NCBI GenBank assembly: GCA_964458455.1
Contig: CAYWIY010000001.1
Location: forward strand, 2,303-66,302
Direction: 5' to 3'
Source: an uncultured Syntrophomonadaceae bacterium
GTDB taxonomy: Bacteria > Bacillota > Dethiobacteria > DTU022
DNA length: 64,000 bases
A program made the position numbers and the translations under genes. The notes below the pieces were generated by a model that was given only the letters and a program-made list of their open reading frames with translations, did no database searches and was not told the origin of the DNA. Below are positions 45,187 through 55,577 of this stretch, in pieces; position 1 is the first letter of the stretch; every line of letters starts with the position of its first letter.

Positions 45187-47169
45187 CTAACCCTGCTTTT
45201 CAAGTTCAATGATCATATCCCGCAGTTCGGCCGCTTTTTCAAAGGCCAGTTCCTTGGAAGCCTTATTCATTTCTTTGCGCAGTTCCTTGATCATTTTGCG
45301 GCGTTTGTTTTCGTCCACTTTTTTCAAATCTTCCACGTCATAGCTTTCCGTTTCTTCGGCCACCGCCGTCGCCTCGATCACGGCCCGGATCGGCTTGATG
45401 ATACTCTGCGGGGTGATGTTGTATTGTTCGTTGTAGGCCAGCTGCTTCTGGCGCCGGCGCTCTGTTTCGTCAATTGCCCGCTGCATGGAGGGGGTGATTT
45501 CTTCGGCGTACATGATCACCCTGCCCTCGATATTGCGGGCGGTGCGCCCGATGGTCTGGATCAAGGAGCGATCCGAGCGCAGGAAGCCTTCTTTATCGGC
45601 ATCAAGGATGGCCACCAGGGTGACCTCGGGCAGGTCGAGGCCTTCACGGAGCAGGTTGATCCCGACCAGGACATCGAAATCACCCAGCCGCAGGCCCCTG
45701 ATGATGGTCATGCGCTCCAGGGCATCGATCTCGGAGTGCATGTAGCGCACCCGGAGGCCCATGTTACGGTAATATTCGGTCAGGTCTTCGGCCATCCGCT
45801 TGGTCATGGTGGTAACCAGGACCCGCTGGTCCTTTTCAGCCCTGGCCCTGACCTCCCCGTAAAGGTCATCAACCTGTCCTTCAGCCGACCTGACTTCAAC
45901 CACGGGATCGGCCAGCCCGGTGGGCCGGATGATCTGTTCCACAACCGCATCGCTGTACTCGTGCTCCCACGGGCCGGGGGTGGCTGAAACCAGGATGGCC
46001 TGGTTGACTAAGGATTCGAACTCTTCAAAACGGAGCGGGCGGTTGTCAAGGGCGGAAGGAAGCCTGAAACCGTGCTCCACGAGGGTGCTCTTTCGGGAAA
46101 TATCTCCCCGGTACATCCCGTTGATCTGCGGGATGGTAATATGCGACTCATCGATCACCACGAGCATCTCGGGAGGAAAGTAATCCATCAGGGTCGCCGG
46201 GCGGCTGCCGGGCGGCCTCCCATCCAGATGCCGCGAGTAGTTTTCAATACCGCTGCAAAATCCGATTTCCTGGAGCATTTCCAAATCAAACAGGGTCCTC
46301 TGCTCCAGCCTCTGCGCTTCGAGCAGCTTGCCCTCTTTCTTAAATTTTGCCAGCTGTTCCTGCAGTTCCGCCTCGATGTCGCCTATTGCCCGCTGCAGCT
46401 GGTCGGGGGCGGTCACGTAGTGAGTGGCCGGGAATATGGCCACATGAGCCCGGTCGCCGACAACCTTGCCGCTGACCAGGTCCACCTCTCTCAGCCTTTC
46501 TATCTCGTCGCCGAAGAGTTCCACCCGGATGGCGGCCTCAGAAAAGGAAGCGGGGATAATTTCAATCACGTCTCCCCTGACCCGGAAGGTGCCGCGGTGA
46601 AAGTCGATTTCGTTGCGCTGGTAATGGATTTCTACCAGGCGATTAATGATATCTTCCCGGCTGAGCCTGGCCCCCGGGCGCAGGGAAAGAACCTGTTCGC
46701 TGTATTCATGGGGTGAACCCAGGCCGTAAATACAGGAAACAGAAGCGACAATGATCACATCTTTCCTCTCCAGGAGGGCGCTGGTAGCCGAATGGCGCAG
46801 CTTGTCAATTTCATCATTAATCGAGGAATCTTTCTCGATATAGGTGTCGCTCTGGGGGATATAAGCCTCCGGCTGGTAATAATCATAATAGCTGATGAAA
46901 TACTCCACAGCATTATCCGGGAACAACTCTTTAAATTCACTGCAGAGCTGGGCGGCCAGGATTTTATTCGGCGCCATGACCAGGGTCGGGCGCTGCACTC
47001 TTTCGATGACATTGGCAATGGTAAATGTCTTCCCGGAACCGGTAACTCCCAGTAAAGTCTGGTACCGGGAGCCCCGGTGTAAGCCTTGCACCAGGGTTTC
47101 TATAGCTTCCGGTTGATCGCCGGTAGGCTTGTATTCGGATTTGATTTTGAAACCACTGCTAACTGCCAC
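45187..47169 (-). CDS. uvrB: excinuclease ABC subunit B
   Basis: 660 aa. GDQPEAI, the helicase motif GVTGSGKT, and a C-terminal UvrC-binding region. GTG start with RBS GGGGGTG. A candidate -10 (TATAAT) lies about 45 nt upstream. Confidence 0.95.
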   Translation of the reverse strand: MAVSSGFKIKSEYKPTGDQPEAIETLVQGLHRGSRYQTLLGVTGSGKTFTIANVIERVQRPTLVMAPNKILAAQLCSEFKELFPDNAVEYFISYYDYYQPEAYIPQSDTYIEKDSSINDEIDKLRHSATSALLERKDVIIVASVSCIYGLGSPHEYSEQVLSLRPGARLSREDIINRLVEIHYQRNEIDFHRGTFRVRGDVIEIIPASFSEAAIRVELFGDEIERLREVDLVSGKVVGDRAHVAIFPATHYVTAPDQLQRAIGDIEAELQEQLAKFKKEGKLLEAQRLEQRTLFDLEMLQEIGFCSGIENYSRHLDGRPPGSRPATLMDYFPPEMLVVIDESHITIPQINGMYRGDISRKSTLVEHGFRLPSALDNRPLRFEEFESLVNQAILVSATPGPWEHEYSDAVVEQIIRPTGLADPVVEVRSAEGQVDDLYGEVRARAEKDQRVLVTTMTKRMAEDLTEYYRNMGLRVRYMHSEIDALERMTIIRGLRLGDFDVLVGINLLREGLDLPEVTLVAILDADKEGFLRSDRSLIQTIGRTARNIEGRVIMYAEEITPSMQRAIDETERRRQKQLAYNEQYNITPQSIIKPIRAVIEATAVAEETESYDVEDLKKVDENKRRKMIKELRKEMNKASKELAFEKAAELRDMIIELEKQG

Positions 47170-47286
47170 TTAAACACCCCCTGTCCAGCGGCTTGTTTGT
47201 AATGGGTGGCAATAATTATTATAACGCATCTACTCAGCCGCTGCCACGCTGAGTAGTTTAAGAAAATATGTTATTGGCGAAGGGTG

Positions 47287-48666
47287 TTAAGAAACGTTTC
47301 GCTTTTTGCCCCTGCCGCGCAGGCGTTTTAAGCGGGCAAAAGGCTCCGGTTTGCGCACTTCAAGGTAGACCGGCGAATCCGGTGCAGGGACCAGGATCAT
47401 GCCCAGGGCTGCACTGCGGTGCAGGATCGAATAATGGGAGCGGGAAGAATTGAGACGGGCCTGGAAAGTGCCGTTGGCATGGTCCCCTTCCCGGGTCTGC
47501 TTCTTCAAAACCGCTGAAAAAGGCTGGTCATCCCTGCTGCCATCCAAAAGAACCATAAAATAGCTGGCTTCAATTTTCTCCAACAAGTCCCTGTTATCGG
47601 CAACCGGGTCGCCATTGACCTTCAGGATAATATCATCCTGCTGCAGGCCGGCCTGTTCTGCAGGTGTACCCGACAGGACCATCATAACCGTTACCCCCGG
47701 ACCGGCCTGGCGGTAGCGGGGAGGGCTGCTTTCTTCCCTGTTCTTGCCGTAGAGGATCAACAGTTCGTGCCCCAGGGGAGCAAAAAGCACCCCGGGTAAT
47801 ATCAGGGGCGGGAAAAACTCCGATCCTACGGCAACAATCAATAGAATAATACTGTATAGGGCCAACCACTTCGCTGAAAAAGCGGTTCTTTCCCGCGGGG
47901 TCGAAGAAAGGACCATGTCGCCGTAACCCAACCCGGCCGCAACCGGGACAATCATAAACTGCAGGCTTTTACCTTCCCCGGGTTCAAAGGCCGGTTGAAG
48001 AATCGGCCACCACTCCGGCATACTTACTCCCACTATTTCCGGTTCCACCACCACTGTTACCAGCAGGGCAACCAGAGGCAGGGGCCAAAAACGCTGCAGC
48101 GAAAATGCACCGACCACTTCACCGTTATCTCTTTTCAAATAGATTGGACTGCTTCCCCAGTGACCGCCGAAATATATTAACATGGCCTCAGCCAAATGCA
48201 ATAAACCAATCAAGACCAGGAGAGCGGGGATATGGATACGCATCAACGACTCGATTACCACATTTTCTCCCAGCACTGGAAACAAGGGAAGCAGGATATA
48301 GCGGACTACCAGGACCATGGTGGCAACTATGCCTCCGGCATAGGAAAAACAGAGGTAGCGGGGATTGATCAGCAACAACAGCAAGGCCACCGGCCAAATA
48401 AAATACAGGCCAATCTGCTCCAGGGAAAGGCCCAGGAACACCAGGATGGCGCTGGCCCCAAAACCGCCCGCCATGCCCAGGGCAACAGAAAGGAGCATCT
48501 GCCTGCCGACCCGGTTTATACTGCGGCCGAACAGCTTTTCTTCAGTCGCAGCCTGGCGCCGGTACTGCAGGTAAACCAGGAACAGCACTATCCAAAAGAT
48601 AGGCATAACCATGGCAATCATAAATGTAGTGACAAAGATCTGGCTTATTTCAAAAAAAAGGTGCAT
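47287..48666 (-). CDS. polytopic membrane protein with a C-terminal PDZ domain
   Basis: About 9 TM helices followed by a PDZ-like segment (…SGTPAEQAGLQQDDIILKVNGDPVAD…). No HExxH motif was found, so a site-2 protease assignment is not supported. Confidence 0.55.
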   Translation of the reverse strand: MHLFFEISQIFVTTFMIAMVMPIFWIVLFLVYLQYRRQAATEEKLFGRSINRVGRQMLLSVALGMAGGFGASAILVFLGLSLEQIGLYFIWPVALLLLLINPRYLCFSYAGGIVATMVLVVRYILLPLFPVLGENVVIESLMRIHIPALLVLIGLLHLAEAMLIYFGGHWGSSPIYLKRDNGEVVGAFSLQRFWPLPLVALLVTVVVEPEIVGVSMPEWWPILQPAFEPGEGKSLQFMIVPVAAGLGYGDMVLSSTPRERTAFSAKWLALYSIILLIVAVGSEFFPPLILPGVLFAPLGHELLILYGKNREESSPPRYRQAGPGVTVMMVLSGTPAEQAGLQQDDIILKVNGDPVADNRDLLEKIEASYFMVLLDGSRDDQPFSAVLKKQTREGDHANGTFQARLNSSRSHYSILHRSAALGMILVPAPDSPVYLEVRKPEPFARLKRLRGRGKKRNVS

Positions 48667-48669
48667 ATA

Positions 48670-50148
48670 TTACTCAATTCCCCCGTGCTCATTCCAGGCT
48701 CCTGGATCTTCCAGCAGTTCCAGCCCATAATTAAGCTGTTCGTCCTGTTCGCGTGACGCTACATCCAGGGCCTCCCGCAATTCCACCCAGGTCTTTTCGT
48801 CAAATTCTCCGCTGGGCTTGATCCCGGCATCGATCTGGAAATCTTTCAAAGCCTGGCTGGTATTTTCATCAAAATATCCACTACTGTCAACTTCAAATCC
48901 CAGTTGAATCAACATTTCCTGCAGCATTTCTACCTCGGTCCCGTAATCATTTAATTCCAGGCGGCCGGGGTGAAAGTAACGGTAATAGTGCAGAATTTCA
49001 GGCATTTCCACTTCATAGTCAGGATCAATACCGTGTTTATCAATATTGTGGCCCGAAGGAGTGAAGTAATTGGCAACGGTCAGCATGATCGCATTTTCAC
49101 CGGAGAGCTCTTCGAGCTGCTGCACCGAAGCCTTGCCAAAAGTAGTCTGCCCTACCAGAAGTGCAGCATCCCGGTCCTGCATGGCTCCAGCCAGGAGCTC
49201 CGCCGCACTGGCCGATTCTTCATTGATCAGGACCACGATCGGATACAGCTTCCTGGGAGCACTGGAATTATGAATATTCCTGACCTCCCCGTCGCGGCCG
49301 ACCAGCCTGACTATTTCCCCCTCCGGGACTATTTCCTTAGCTATCTTTACAGCCTGGTCCACCAGCCCGCCGGGATTGTTGCGCAAATCTAAAATCAACC
49401 CCTCTTCCAGGCCTTCCCGCTCAAATTGCTCCAGGCGGTCTAAAAATTCACCGCCTGTATTGCTGTCAAAATTGGTAATGGATATATATCCAACGTCACC
49501 GACCAGCCTTTCGCTGGTCACGGTGGCAATCTGGATTTCTTCCCTCCTGACGGTCATTTCAATCGGTTCTTCCGCCCCCGGGCGGCGAATTTTTATATCA
49601 ACTGCAGTGTCACTCGGACCCCTTAGCAGTTCCACAGCCCGGTCCAGCCCCTCACCAGTCAGGGAATTACCATCTGCTTCCAGTATCCTGTCCCCGGCAA
49701 TAATACCGCTTCTCTCAGCGGGAGAATCGGGAAAAGCTTCAAATACAACAATATCGTCATTGGTTTCAATAACCCTGATTCCCACCCCGCCGTAAGAACC
49801 TCTTGTATCAAGCAGGAACTCTTCCAGTTCATCGGGGTCGTAGAAACGGACCTGGGGATCATCAATAATATCGATCATGCCCCGGATAGCGCCTTCGATG
49901 AGCTTATCATTGTCCACAGGGTAGAAGTAAGTACCGGTAATCCTGTCCAGGGCCTCAAAAAAGATTTCCGCTTCTTCATCAAGCTCTTCATCTCGTTGTT
50001 CATACCTGATGATTGTCCTCGGCTGGTCCTCTGTTAACTGACCGGAATCATTGGAAAATAAAAGGTAATTCAAGGCATTGGTCCCGATCAGCAGGACCAC
50101 AAAAACTATCGACAACCTGAATAGCATTGTTTTATCTAACCGTTCCAA
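48670..50148 (-). CDS. ctpA: carboxyl-terminal processing protease (S41, CtpA/CtpB-like) with PDZ and C-terminal peptidoglycan-binding-like domains
   Basis: Signal anchor, a PDZ domain (…GDRILEADGNSL…), the S41 core (…LINEESASAAELLAGAMQD…) and a C-terminal PG-binding-like repeat (LQEMLIQLGFEVDSSGYFDENTSQALKDFQ). Confidence 0.85.
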   Translation of the reverse strand: MERLDKTMLFRLSIVFVVLLIGTNALNYLLFSNDSGQLTEDQPRTIIRYEQRDEELDEEAEIFFEALDRITGTYFYPVDNDKLIEGAIRGMIDIIDDPQVRFYDPDELEEFLLDTRGSYGGVGIRVIETNDDIVVFEAFPDSPAERSGIIAGDRILEADGNSLTGEGLDRAVELLRGPSDTAVDIKIRRPGAEEPIEMTVRREEIQIATVTSERLVGDVGYISITNFDSNTGGEFLDRLEQFEREGLEEGLILDLRNNPGGLVDQAVKIAKEIVPEGEIVRLVGRDGEVRNIHNSSAPRKLYPIVVLINEESASAAELLAGAMQDRDAALLVGQTTFGKASVQQLEELSGENAIMLTVANYFTPSGHNIDKHGIDPDYEVEMPEILHYYRYFHPGRLELNDYGTEVEMLQEMLIQLGFEVDSSGYFDENTSQALKDFQIDAGIKPSGEFDEKTWVELREALDVASREQDEQLNYGLELLEDPGAWNEHGGIE

Positions 50149-50321
50149 AACCTCGCCCCCAGTCTCCTCAAATCTGTAAACCCTGCATAAGAGGTCCGTT
50201 ACCTATAATACCACAAATAGTGTTCGATTTGTCTACAGTACAGAACCCCTGTTTCCCGTTTTAGAAAATCAATAACGATCAGCAGTTGCAGTTTAATTAA
50301 GCAGCCTAAGTTACTTTCATT

Positions 50322-50362
50322 TTAAAAAGAACAGCCATCCAAGCAAAGTTGCTGAGATGGCC
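50322..50362 (-). terminator. candidate terminator in the M23-peptidase/ctpA intergenic region
   Basis: Minus strand: GCCATC-tcagcaactttgcttg-GATGGC followed by TGTTCTTTTT. It lies 145 nt downstream of the M23 peptidase stop. Confidence 0.35.
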
Positions 50363-50505
50363 GGGTAGAGATCTAACTGATCGTTTTCCTGTTAAACTAA
50401 CTGGCATAAACTTATACCAGGCGGCTTAACGAGCCGGTCCTAGCGTAAGCTTTTTACACTTGCAACCGGTCTGGCCAGGCCTTTTCACAAGCCTGTAACC
50501 TGCCT

Positions 50506-51717
50506 TTAGAAATATTGCATTGGATCATAGCGATGATCCGGTCCTCCACTCGGATAATTGCGAACCGGTGACTTTTCATATTCTCTTACTTCGAAGTGCA
50601 GGTGGACGCCCGTGCTGTAACCGGTGGTTCCGGCCCTGGCAATCCGTTCCCCACGACTAACAATATCACCCTTGCCTACCAGGATACTGCTCATATGGGC
50701 ATACAGGGTAACAGTTCCACCGCCGTGATCGATCATGACGCAATTTCCGTAACCGCCATTCCAACCTGAGTAAATCACTTCTCCCTTTTCAGCGGCCAAA
50801 ATATAGTTTGCCGCTCCATTATGGGGAGCAATATCGAGCCCACCATGCCAGGCCTGCTGGCCGCTGAAAGGATCCCGTCGCCAGCCAAAACCCGAAGTAA
50901 TCCTGGTCGGCGGTTCGATAGGCCATTCCAGGTCCCCGTCAACGCCGGAAAACTGGCTTTGCGCCTGGGCGATCAATTCCCGGATCATTGAATCGAGGCG
51001 CTGGGCTTCCTTTTCAAGATCTTCAATAGCCTGCAGGTTTTTGGCAATCTCTCCCTGCAGTTCCTCGAGAATAGCTTCCCGGTCGGCTGCTGCCTGCTTC
51101 ATTTCTTCTTCGTTGGCGGCAACCTGCCGGCGCATATTTTCTAGTTCGGCCTTGTTTTCCTCCAGCTCATCTTTCCAGGCCTGGATTACATCCCTCTCGT
51201 CCTGGATTTCTTCAATCAACCTTAAATCATTTGAAGCAATAATGCTCAGGTTGTAAAGCCTGGTCAGAAAATCGGGAAAGCTGTTCGATTCAAAAAGAAC
51301 TTCCAGGTACGAAACCACACCGTACTGCTGGATAGCCCGCAGGCGAAGATTCAATAATTCTTCCTGGTAGTTGAGCCTTTCTTCCGCTTCGGCAAGCTCT
51401 TCTTCGGCATGAGCAATTTCATCTTCTACCCCGGCAATTTCACCATGCAGGCGCTGTTGTTCTTGTTCCAACTCATGAATGCGTCTTTCGAGCTCTTCCA
51501 GTTCATCTTTTAAAGCTGCTTCGCGGTTAAGGCGCTGTTCAAGAGCGCTTTTTTCTTCCCTCTTACGCTCTTCAACTTCTTCAAGCTCCTCCTGCCTGGC
51601 ATCGATCTCATCATTAGTGACCGCCTCAACGGGTCCAAATAATAGGGCAATCACAACAAGCGGCAGGAGCAGGACAGCGATAAAGATTTGTTTCCTGAAA
51701 CCAATACCGGCAAGCAT
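50506..51717 (-). CDS. M23-family peptidase with a long N-terminal coiled coil (EnvC-like murein hydrolase activator/peptidase)
   Basis: TM anchor, then about 230 aa of heptad-rich coiled coil, then a C-terminal LytM/M23 domain (…GTTGYSTGVHLHFEVRE…). Start at ATG 51717 with RBS GGGAGGA. Confidence 0.8.
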   Translation of the reverse strand: MLAGIGFRKQIFIAVLLLPLVVIALLFGPVEAVTNDEIDARQEELEEVEERKREEKSALEQRLNREAALKDELEELERRIHELEQEQQRLHGEIAGVEDEIAHAEEELAEAEERLNYQEELLNLRLRAIQQYGVVSYLEVLFESNSFPDFLTRLYNLSIIASNDLRLIEEIQDERDVIQAWKDELEENKAELENMRRQVAANEEEMKQAAADREAILEELQGEIAKNLQAIEDLEKEAQRLDSMIRELIAQAQSQFSGVDGDLEWPIEPPTRITSGFGWRRDPFSGQQAWHGGLDIAPHNGAANYILAAEKGEVIYSGWNGGYGNCVMIDHGGGTVTLYAHMSSILVGKGDIVSRGERIARAGTTGYSTGVHLHFEVREYEKSPVRNYPSGGPDHRYDPMQYF

Positions 51718-51760
51718 GATTCTTTTCCTCCCTGATGAAAATTGTGGTACTTCTATCTCT

Positions 51761-52648
51761 CTATACTCTAAGAAAACGGCCCATAGATAGCATACTACCC
51801 AGGATACCGAGCCCGGTACCAAGTGGGATCAAGTATGCAAACAGTTCGGCCATCACTGCCTGCAGCGGCAGCAGGTTGATAAACATCAATTCATTGGCGG
51901 CCACCCATTCAACTGAAGTAGCGTACAAATAGTACAGGATTCCCAGGGGCAACGCTGCACCGACCAGCCCCATCATGAGACCTTCCAGGAGAAAAGGCCA
52001 GCGGATAAACCAGTTGGTGGCGCCAACATATTTCATTATTGTTATCTCCCTTTTACGCATCATCACGGTCAACTTGATGGTATGGGAAATCAAAAAAACC
52101 GCCGTAATAGCCAGACCGGCCATCAGGGCCAGTCCGATTACTTGAATTACCCTGGTTACTTCAAAGAGGTTTTCCACGTAACCCTGGCCGTAGAATACGG
52201 CCGATACCCCCGGGTAAGTTTCAAATTCATCGGCCAGCCTGACCACCGCTTCCGGATCTTCCGTCCTTACCTCAAACGAAGCCAGAAGTGGATTATCCAG
52301 GGCAGAGTCATAGCCTTCCAGCATTCCTCCCAGCTGCTGCTGAAGGCGGCCCATATGCTCCTCGCTCGATACATATTCAACCCGGTCTACTTCCCGGTGG
52401 CCTAAGATTTTTTGCCCCAGCTCTTCAATGGCAGCCCGGTCGGTTTCTTCATCTATATATACGACCATCTCAACTTGCTCTTTTACAGTCTCGGTGATGT
52501 GCCTTACATTAAGGTTAACCACCATGAACAGGCCAAGCATAAGCAGGGTTACCATTACAACCCCGGTCGAAGTTATGCACATCCAGCGGTTGCGATAAAG
52601 CCCTTTTAAGGTTTCTCCCAGTATATATATGAAGCCGCTAATGAACAT
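51761..52648 (-). CDS. ftsX: cell-division permease-like protein FtsX
   Basis: …GETLKGLYRNRWM…, a large extracellular loop and 4 TM helices. Preferred start is ATG at 52648 (RBS AAAGGGGA), overlapping the ftsE stop by 11 nt. Confidence 0.85.
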   Translation of the reverse strand: MFISGFIYILGETLKGLYRNRWMCITSTGVVMVTLLMLGLFMVVNLNVRHITETVKEQVEMVVYIDEETDRAAIEELGQKILGHREVDRVEYVSSEEHMGRLQQQLGGMLEGYDSALDNPLLASFEVRTEDPEAVVRLADEFETYPGVSAVFYGQGYVENLFEVTRVIQVIGLALMAGLAITAVFLISHTIKLTVMMRKREITIMKYVGATNWFIRWPFLLEGLMMGLVGAALPLGILYYLYATSVEWVAANELMFINLLPLQAVMAELFAYLIPLGTGLGILGSMLSMGRFLRV

Positions 52649-53327
52649 TGGAATAAATCCCCTTTTGCTCATCGCCGACCAGCTTACCGTTTTCCAGGTA
52701 AAGCACTCTCTTCTTAAAACGATCCACAATTTCCCGGTTATGGGTTGCCACCAAAACCGTGGTCCCGCGCAAGTTGATACTGCGCAGCAGGTTCATAATA
52801 TCAAGCGCAGTTCCAGGGTCCAGGTTGCCCGTCGGTTCGTCAGCTATGATCATGGCCGGGCGGTTGGCAATAGCCCGGGCCAGCCCGACCCGCTGTTGTT
52901 CACCACCGGAAAGATCGGTAATTCTTGCTTTAGCCTTATCCTGCAAGCCGACCAGGTTCAAAACATGAGGAACCCGGCGCTTAATTTCCCGGCGGGAAGC
53001 CCCTGTAACAATCATGGCAAAAGCAACATTATCATAAACGGTCCTTTCTTCCATTAACCGAAAATCCTGGAACACCATCCCAATATTTCGCCTCAGATAT
53101 GGCAGGCGGTGCCTCGGCAGGCGGCCGACATCACGATTAAAAACTTTGAGCACACCTTCTGTAGGCTTTAGTTCCCGGATGATCAGTTTCAAAAGGGTCG
53201 ATTTTCCAGCCCCGCTTGATCCGACAAAAAAAATAAATTCGCCACGATCAATAAAAAAATTGACGTTGTCAAGGGCCAGCTGTTTACCTTTGCCGTATTT
53301 CATAAATAAATTTTTTGCTTCGACCAT
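52638..53327 (-). CDS. ftsE: cell-division ATP-binding protein FtsE
   Basis: ABC ATPase with Walker A GSSGAGKSTLL and signature LSGGEQQR. Confidence 0.9.
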   Translation of the reverse strand: MVEAKNLFMKYGKGKQLALDNVNFFIDRGEFIFFVGSSGAGKSTLLKLIIRELKPTEGVLKVFNRDVGRLPRHRLPYLRRNIGMVFQDFRLMEERTVYDNVAFAMIVTGASRREIKRRVPHVLNLVGLQDKAKARITDLSGGEQQRVGLARAIANRPAMIIADEPTGNLDPGTALDIMNLLRSINLRGTTVLVATHNREIVDRFKKRVLYLENGKLVGDEQKGIYSNVH

Positions 53328-53470
53328 GCAGAAGATCCTTCCCCTACATACTTTACATAATCCATAATGCTGTTTGTCTTAGGTTTCGACAGTAATTATT
53401 TTTATCCTGCCAATCATATAAATATATTAACTTATTTTGCAAATTATTAAAACTGTTAAACCCGGGATTT

Positions 53471-54349
53471 TTAATTTTGCTGCATTTTCTTGAAGCCTTC
53501 TCCGTGCACTTCCGTAGCGTTGCCGATTATGACAAAAGCAGTGGGATCAACTTCATGGATGATCGTTTTCAAATGGGAAGTTTGCTGCCTGGTGACTACA
53601 CAGAGCAGGACTTCGCGGCCCTCCCCGGTATAACCGCCGCTGGCTTCAATCCGGGTTACCCCCCGACCGAGTTCCTTCAACAACCTGTTGTTAACTTCAG
53701 CGCCGCAGCAGGTAATGATAATGGCCTGCTTGGCCAGGCCAAGACCTTCCAGTATGGCATCAACCACCTTAATGCTTACAAAAAGAGCCAGAGCGGAGTA
53801 CATGGCCGGTTCACTGCCGAAAACAAAAATGGCCAGGGTTAGCACAAAAAGGTCTCCAAAAAACAGGGCTTGCCCGGGGCTAATGCCGGTTACTTTGGCC
53901 AGGATCAAAGAAAGTAAAGCTGTCCCCCCGGTGGAGCTGCGGTGACGAAAAATCAGGCCCACGCCGACGCCCATAATCACTCCGCCATATACAGAAGCAA
54001 GCAGCAGATCGCCGGTTGCTGTTGGTAAAAAAGGAGCTGTTAAATCTACGGCCAGGGAAAAAATAACGGTCCCGACCAGGCTCTGCACCACCAGGCGCGG
54101 GCCAAGGATCTTGTAAGCAAAGATGAAAAGAGGGATATTAAGAATAATGATGGTCAAACCAACGGGGATACCGAGCACATGGTAAGCAAAAACCCCGATC
54201 CCGCTGATCCCGCCAGGCACAAGAAAGTTGGGCACCTTGAACATGTTCATACTGACGGCCATGATCAGGCAGCCTGCTGTGATTCCAAGCAGGTCAATGA
54301 AATAAAACTTTATATCTGCTTTGCTAACTTGCGGTTTCTTAAGCTTCAT
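53471..54349 (-). CDS. YitT-family membrane protein (DUF161/DUF2179)
   Basis: 292 aa. N-terminal 5-TM domain with ITAG motifs and a C-terminal soluble DUF2179-like domain. Confidence 0.75.
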   Translation of the reverse strand: MKLKKPQVSKADIKFYFIDLLGITAGCLIMAVSMNMFKVPNFLVPGGISGIGVFAYHVLGIPVGLTIIILNIPLFIFAYKILGPRLVVQSLVGTVIFSLAVDLTAPFLPTATGDLLLASVYGGVIMGVGVGLIFRHRSSTGGTALLSLILAKVTGISPGQALFFGDLFVLTLAIFVFGSEPAMYSALALFVSIKVVDAILEGLGLAKQAIIITCCGAEVNNRLLKELGRGVTRIEASGGYTGEGREVLLCVVTRQQTSHLKTIIHEVDPTAFVIIGNATEVHGEGFKKMQQN

Positions 54350-54422
54350 TTACTCTCCATTTCGGTTACTCTTTTTGTGCATGCTCAGCCGTGCTTTATT
54401 TTGGACAACCACCCTGATTGGC

Positions 54423-55545
54423 TTATTTCTTTAACGGCACTTTACCCATGGCTTTCCAGCGCAAGTAAGCATCTATGAAAGGATCGAGCATACCGTTCAT
54501 CACAGCATCCACCTGCCCTATTTCGACCCCGGTGCGATGATCTTTGACCAGGGTGAACGGGTGAAAAGTATAGGTCCTGATCTGGCTACCCCAGGCTATC
54601 TCCCTCTGCTGCCCTCTTTCAGCGTCTATCTCTTCCTCCTGTTCCCGGCGGCTTATCTCAGCCAATTTTGCCTGGAGGACTCGCATAGCGCTGTTGCGGT
54701 TGCTATGCTGGGAACGGTCATTCTGGCAGGTCACCACCAGGCCGGTAGGGAGATGGGTGATCCGGACCGCTGAATCAGTCTTGTTTACGTGCTGTCCCCC
54801 GGCTCCACTGGCCCTGAAGGTGTCGATCTTCAAATCGTCGTAGTTGATTTCATACTCTTCCTCTTCCACCTCAGGGACAACGTCAACTGAAGCAAAAGAG
54901 GTATGCCGCCGCTTGGAGGTATCGTAGGGCGAAATACGGATCAGCCTGTGGACGCCTTTTTCAGCTTGCAAATAACCGTAAGCGGCATAGCCGCGGACGA
55001 TAAAGGTCGCGCTCTTGATCCCGGCTTCATCATCGCTGAGCAGATCAACCAGCTCGACCTCATATCCTTGCTGTTCGCACCACCGGTTGTACATGCGCAG
55101 CAGCATTTCCGCCCAGTCTTGCGACTCAAGTCCTCCAGCACCGGGGTGAAGCGATATAATTGCATCATTAAAATCATACTTCCCATTAAGCAGAGTTTCC
55201 AGTTCAAGACGATCCAGCCTGTCTTTGATCTCTTTTAGTAAACTTTCAGCTTCTTTCTTCGCTTCTTGGTCATCTTCCTGTCCTTCACCGGCCAGCTCCA
55301 GGTATACCTCTGTCTCTTCTATTAATTTTTCCAACTCCTGCAGGGGGCGGATTTTTTCCCGCAGTTCGCCCTGCTGCTTCATAAATTCCTGGGCCCTGGT
55401 GCTGTCGTCCCAAAAACCGGGTTCGCTGGCTTTCGCCTCCGACTCTTTAAGCTGTTTTAAGCTGGCATCATATTCAAAGAGAAGCCCTCATTTCCTCAAA
55501 CCGCTTCTTTTGAAGGGCCAGTTCTTCAAGCTGCTCTTTCAGCAT
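54423..55545 (-). CDS. prfB: peptide chain release factor 2, with programmed +1 ribosomal frameshift
   Basis: Frame 0 is ATG…MLKEQLEELALQKKRFEEMRASL followed by TGA. The +1 frame continues EYDASLKQLKESE…SPYDTSKRRHTSFASV…GQHVNKT…. The shift site is AGGGCU UCU CUU UGA A at 55474..55479, with an SD-like AGGG upstream. Confidence 0.9.
55474..55479 (-). other. prfB +1 frameshift site CUU UGA
   Basis: The in-frame UGA at codon 25 is preceded by a CUU slippery codon and an internal SD-like AGGG. Confidence 0.8.
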
Positions 55546-55577
55546 CCTATCACCACTTTCAGGTTTAAAAACCCTAT

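Noticed and set aside
45178-45987. 269-aa plus-strand ORF
   Set aside because: It lies entirely antisense to uvrB, has low-complexity His/Gly/Phe-rich composition and has no RBS. It is a shadow ORF of a GC-rich gene.
47170-47286. searched the uvrB and uvrA upstream regions for a Firmicute LexA (Cheo) box GAAC-N4-GTTC
   Set aside because: No match was found by eye. Only a 9-bp-arm hairpin CTACTCAGC…GCTGAGTAG overlaps the putative uvrB -35. SOS regulation therefore cannot be asserted.
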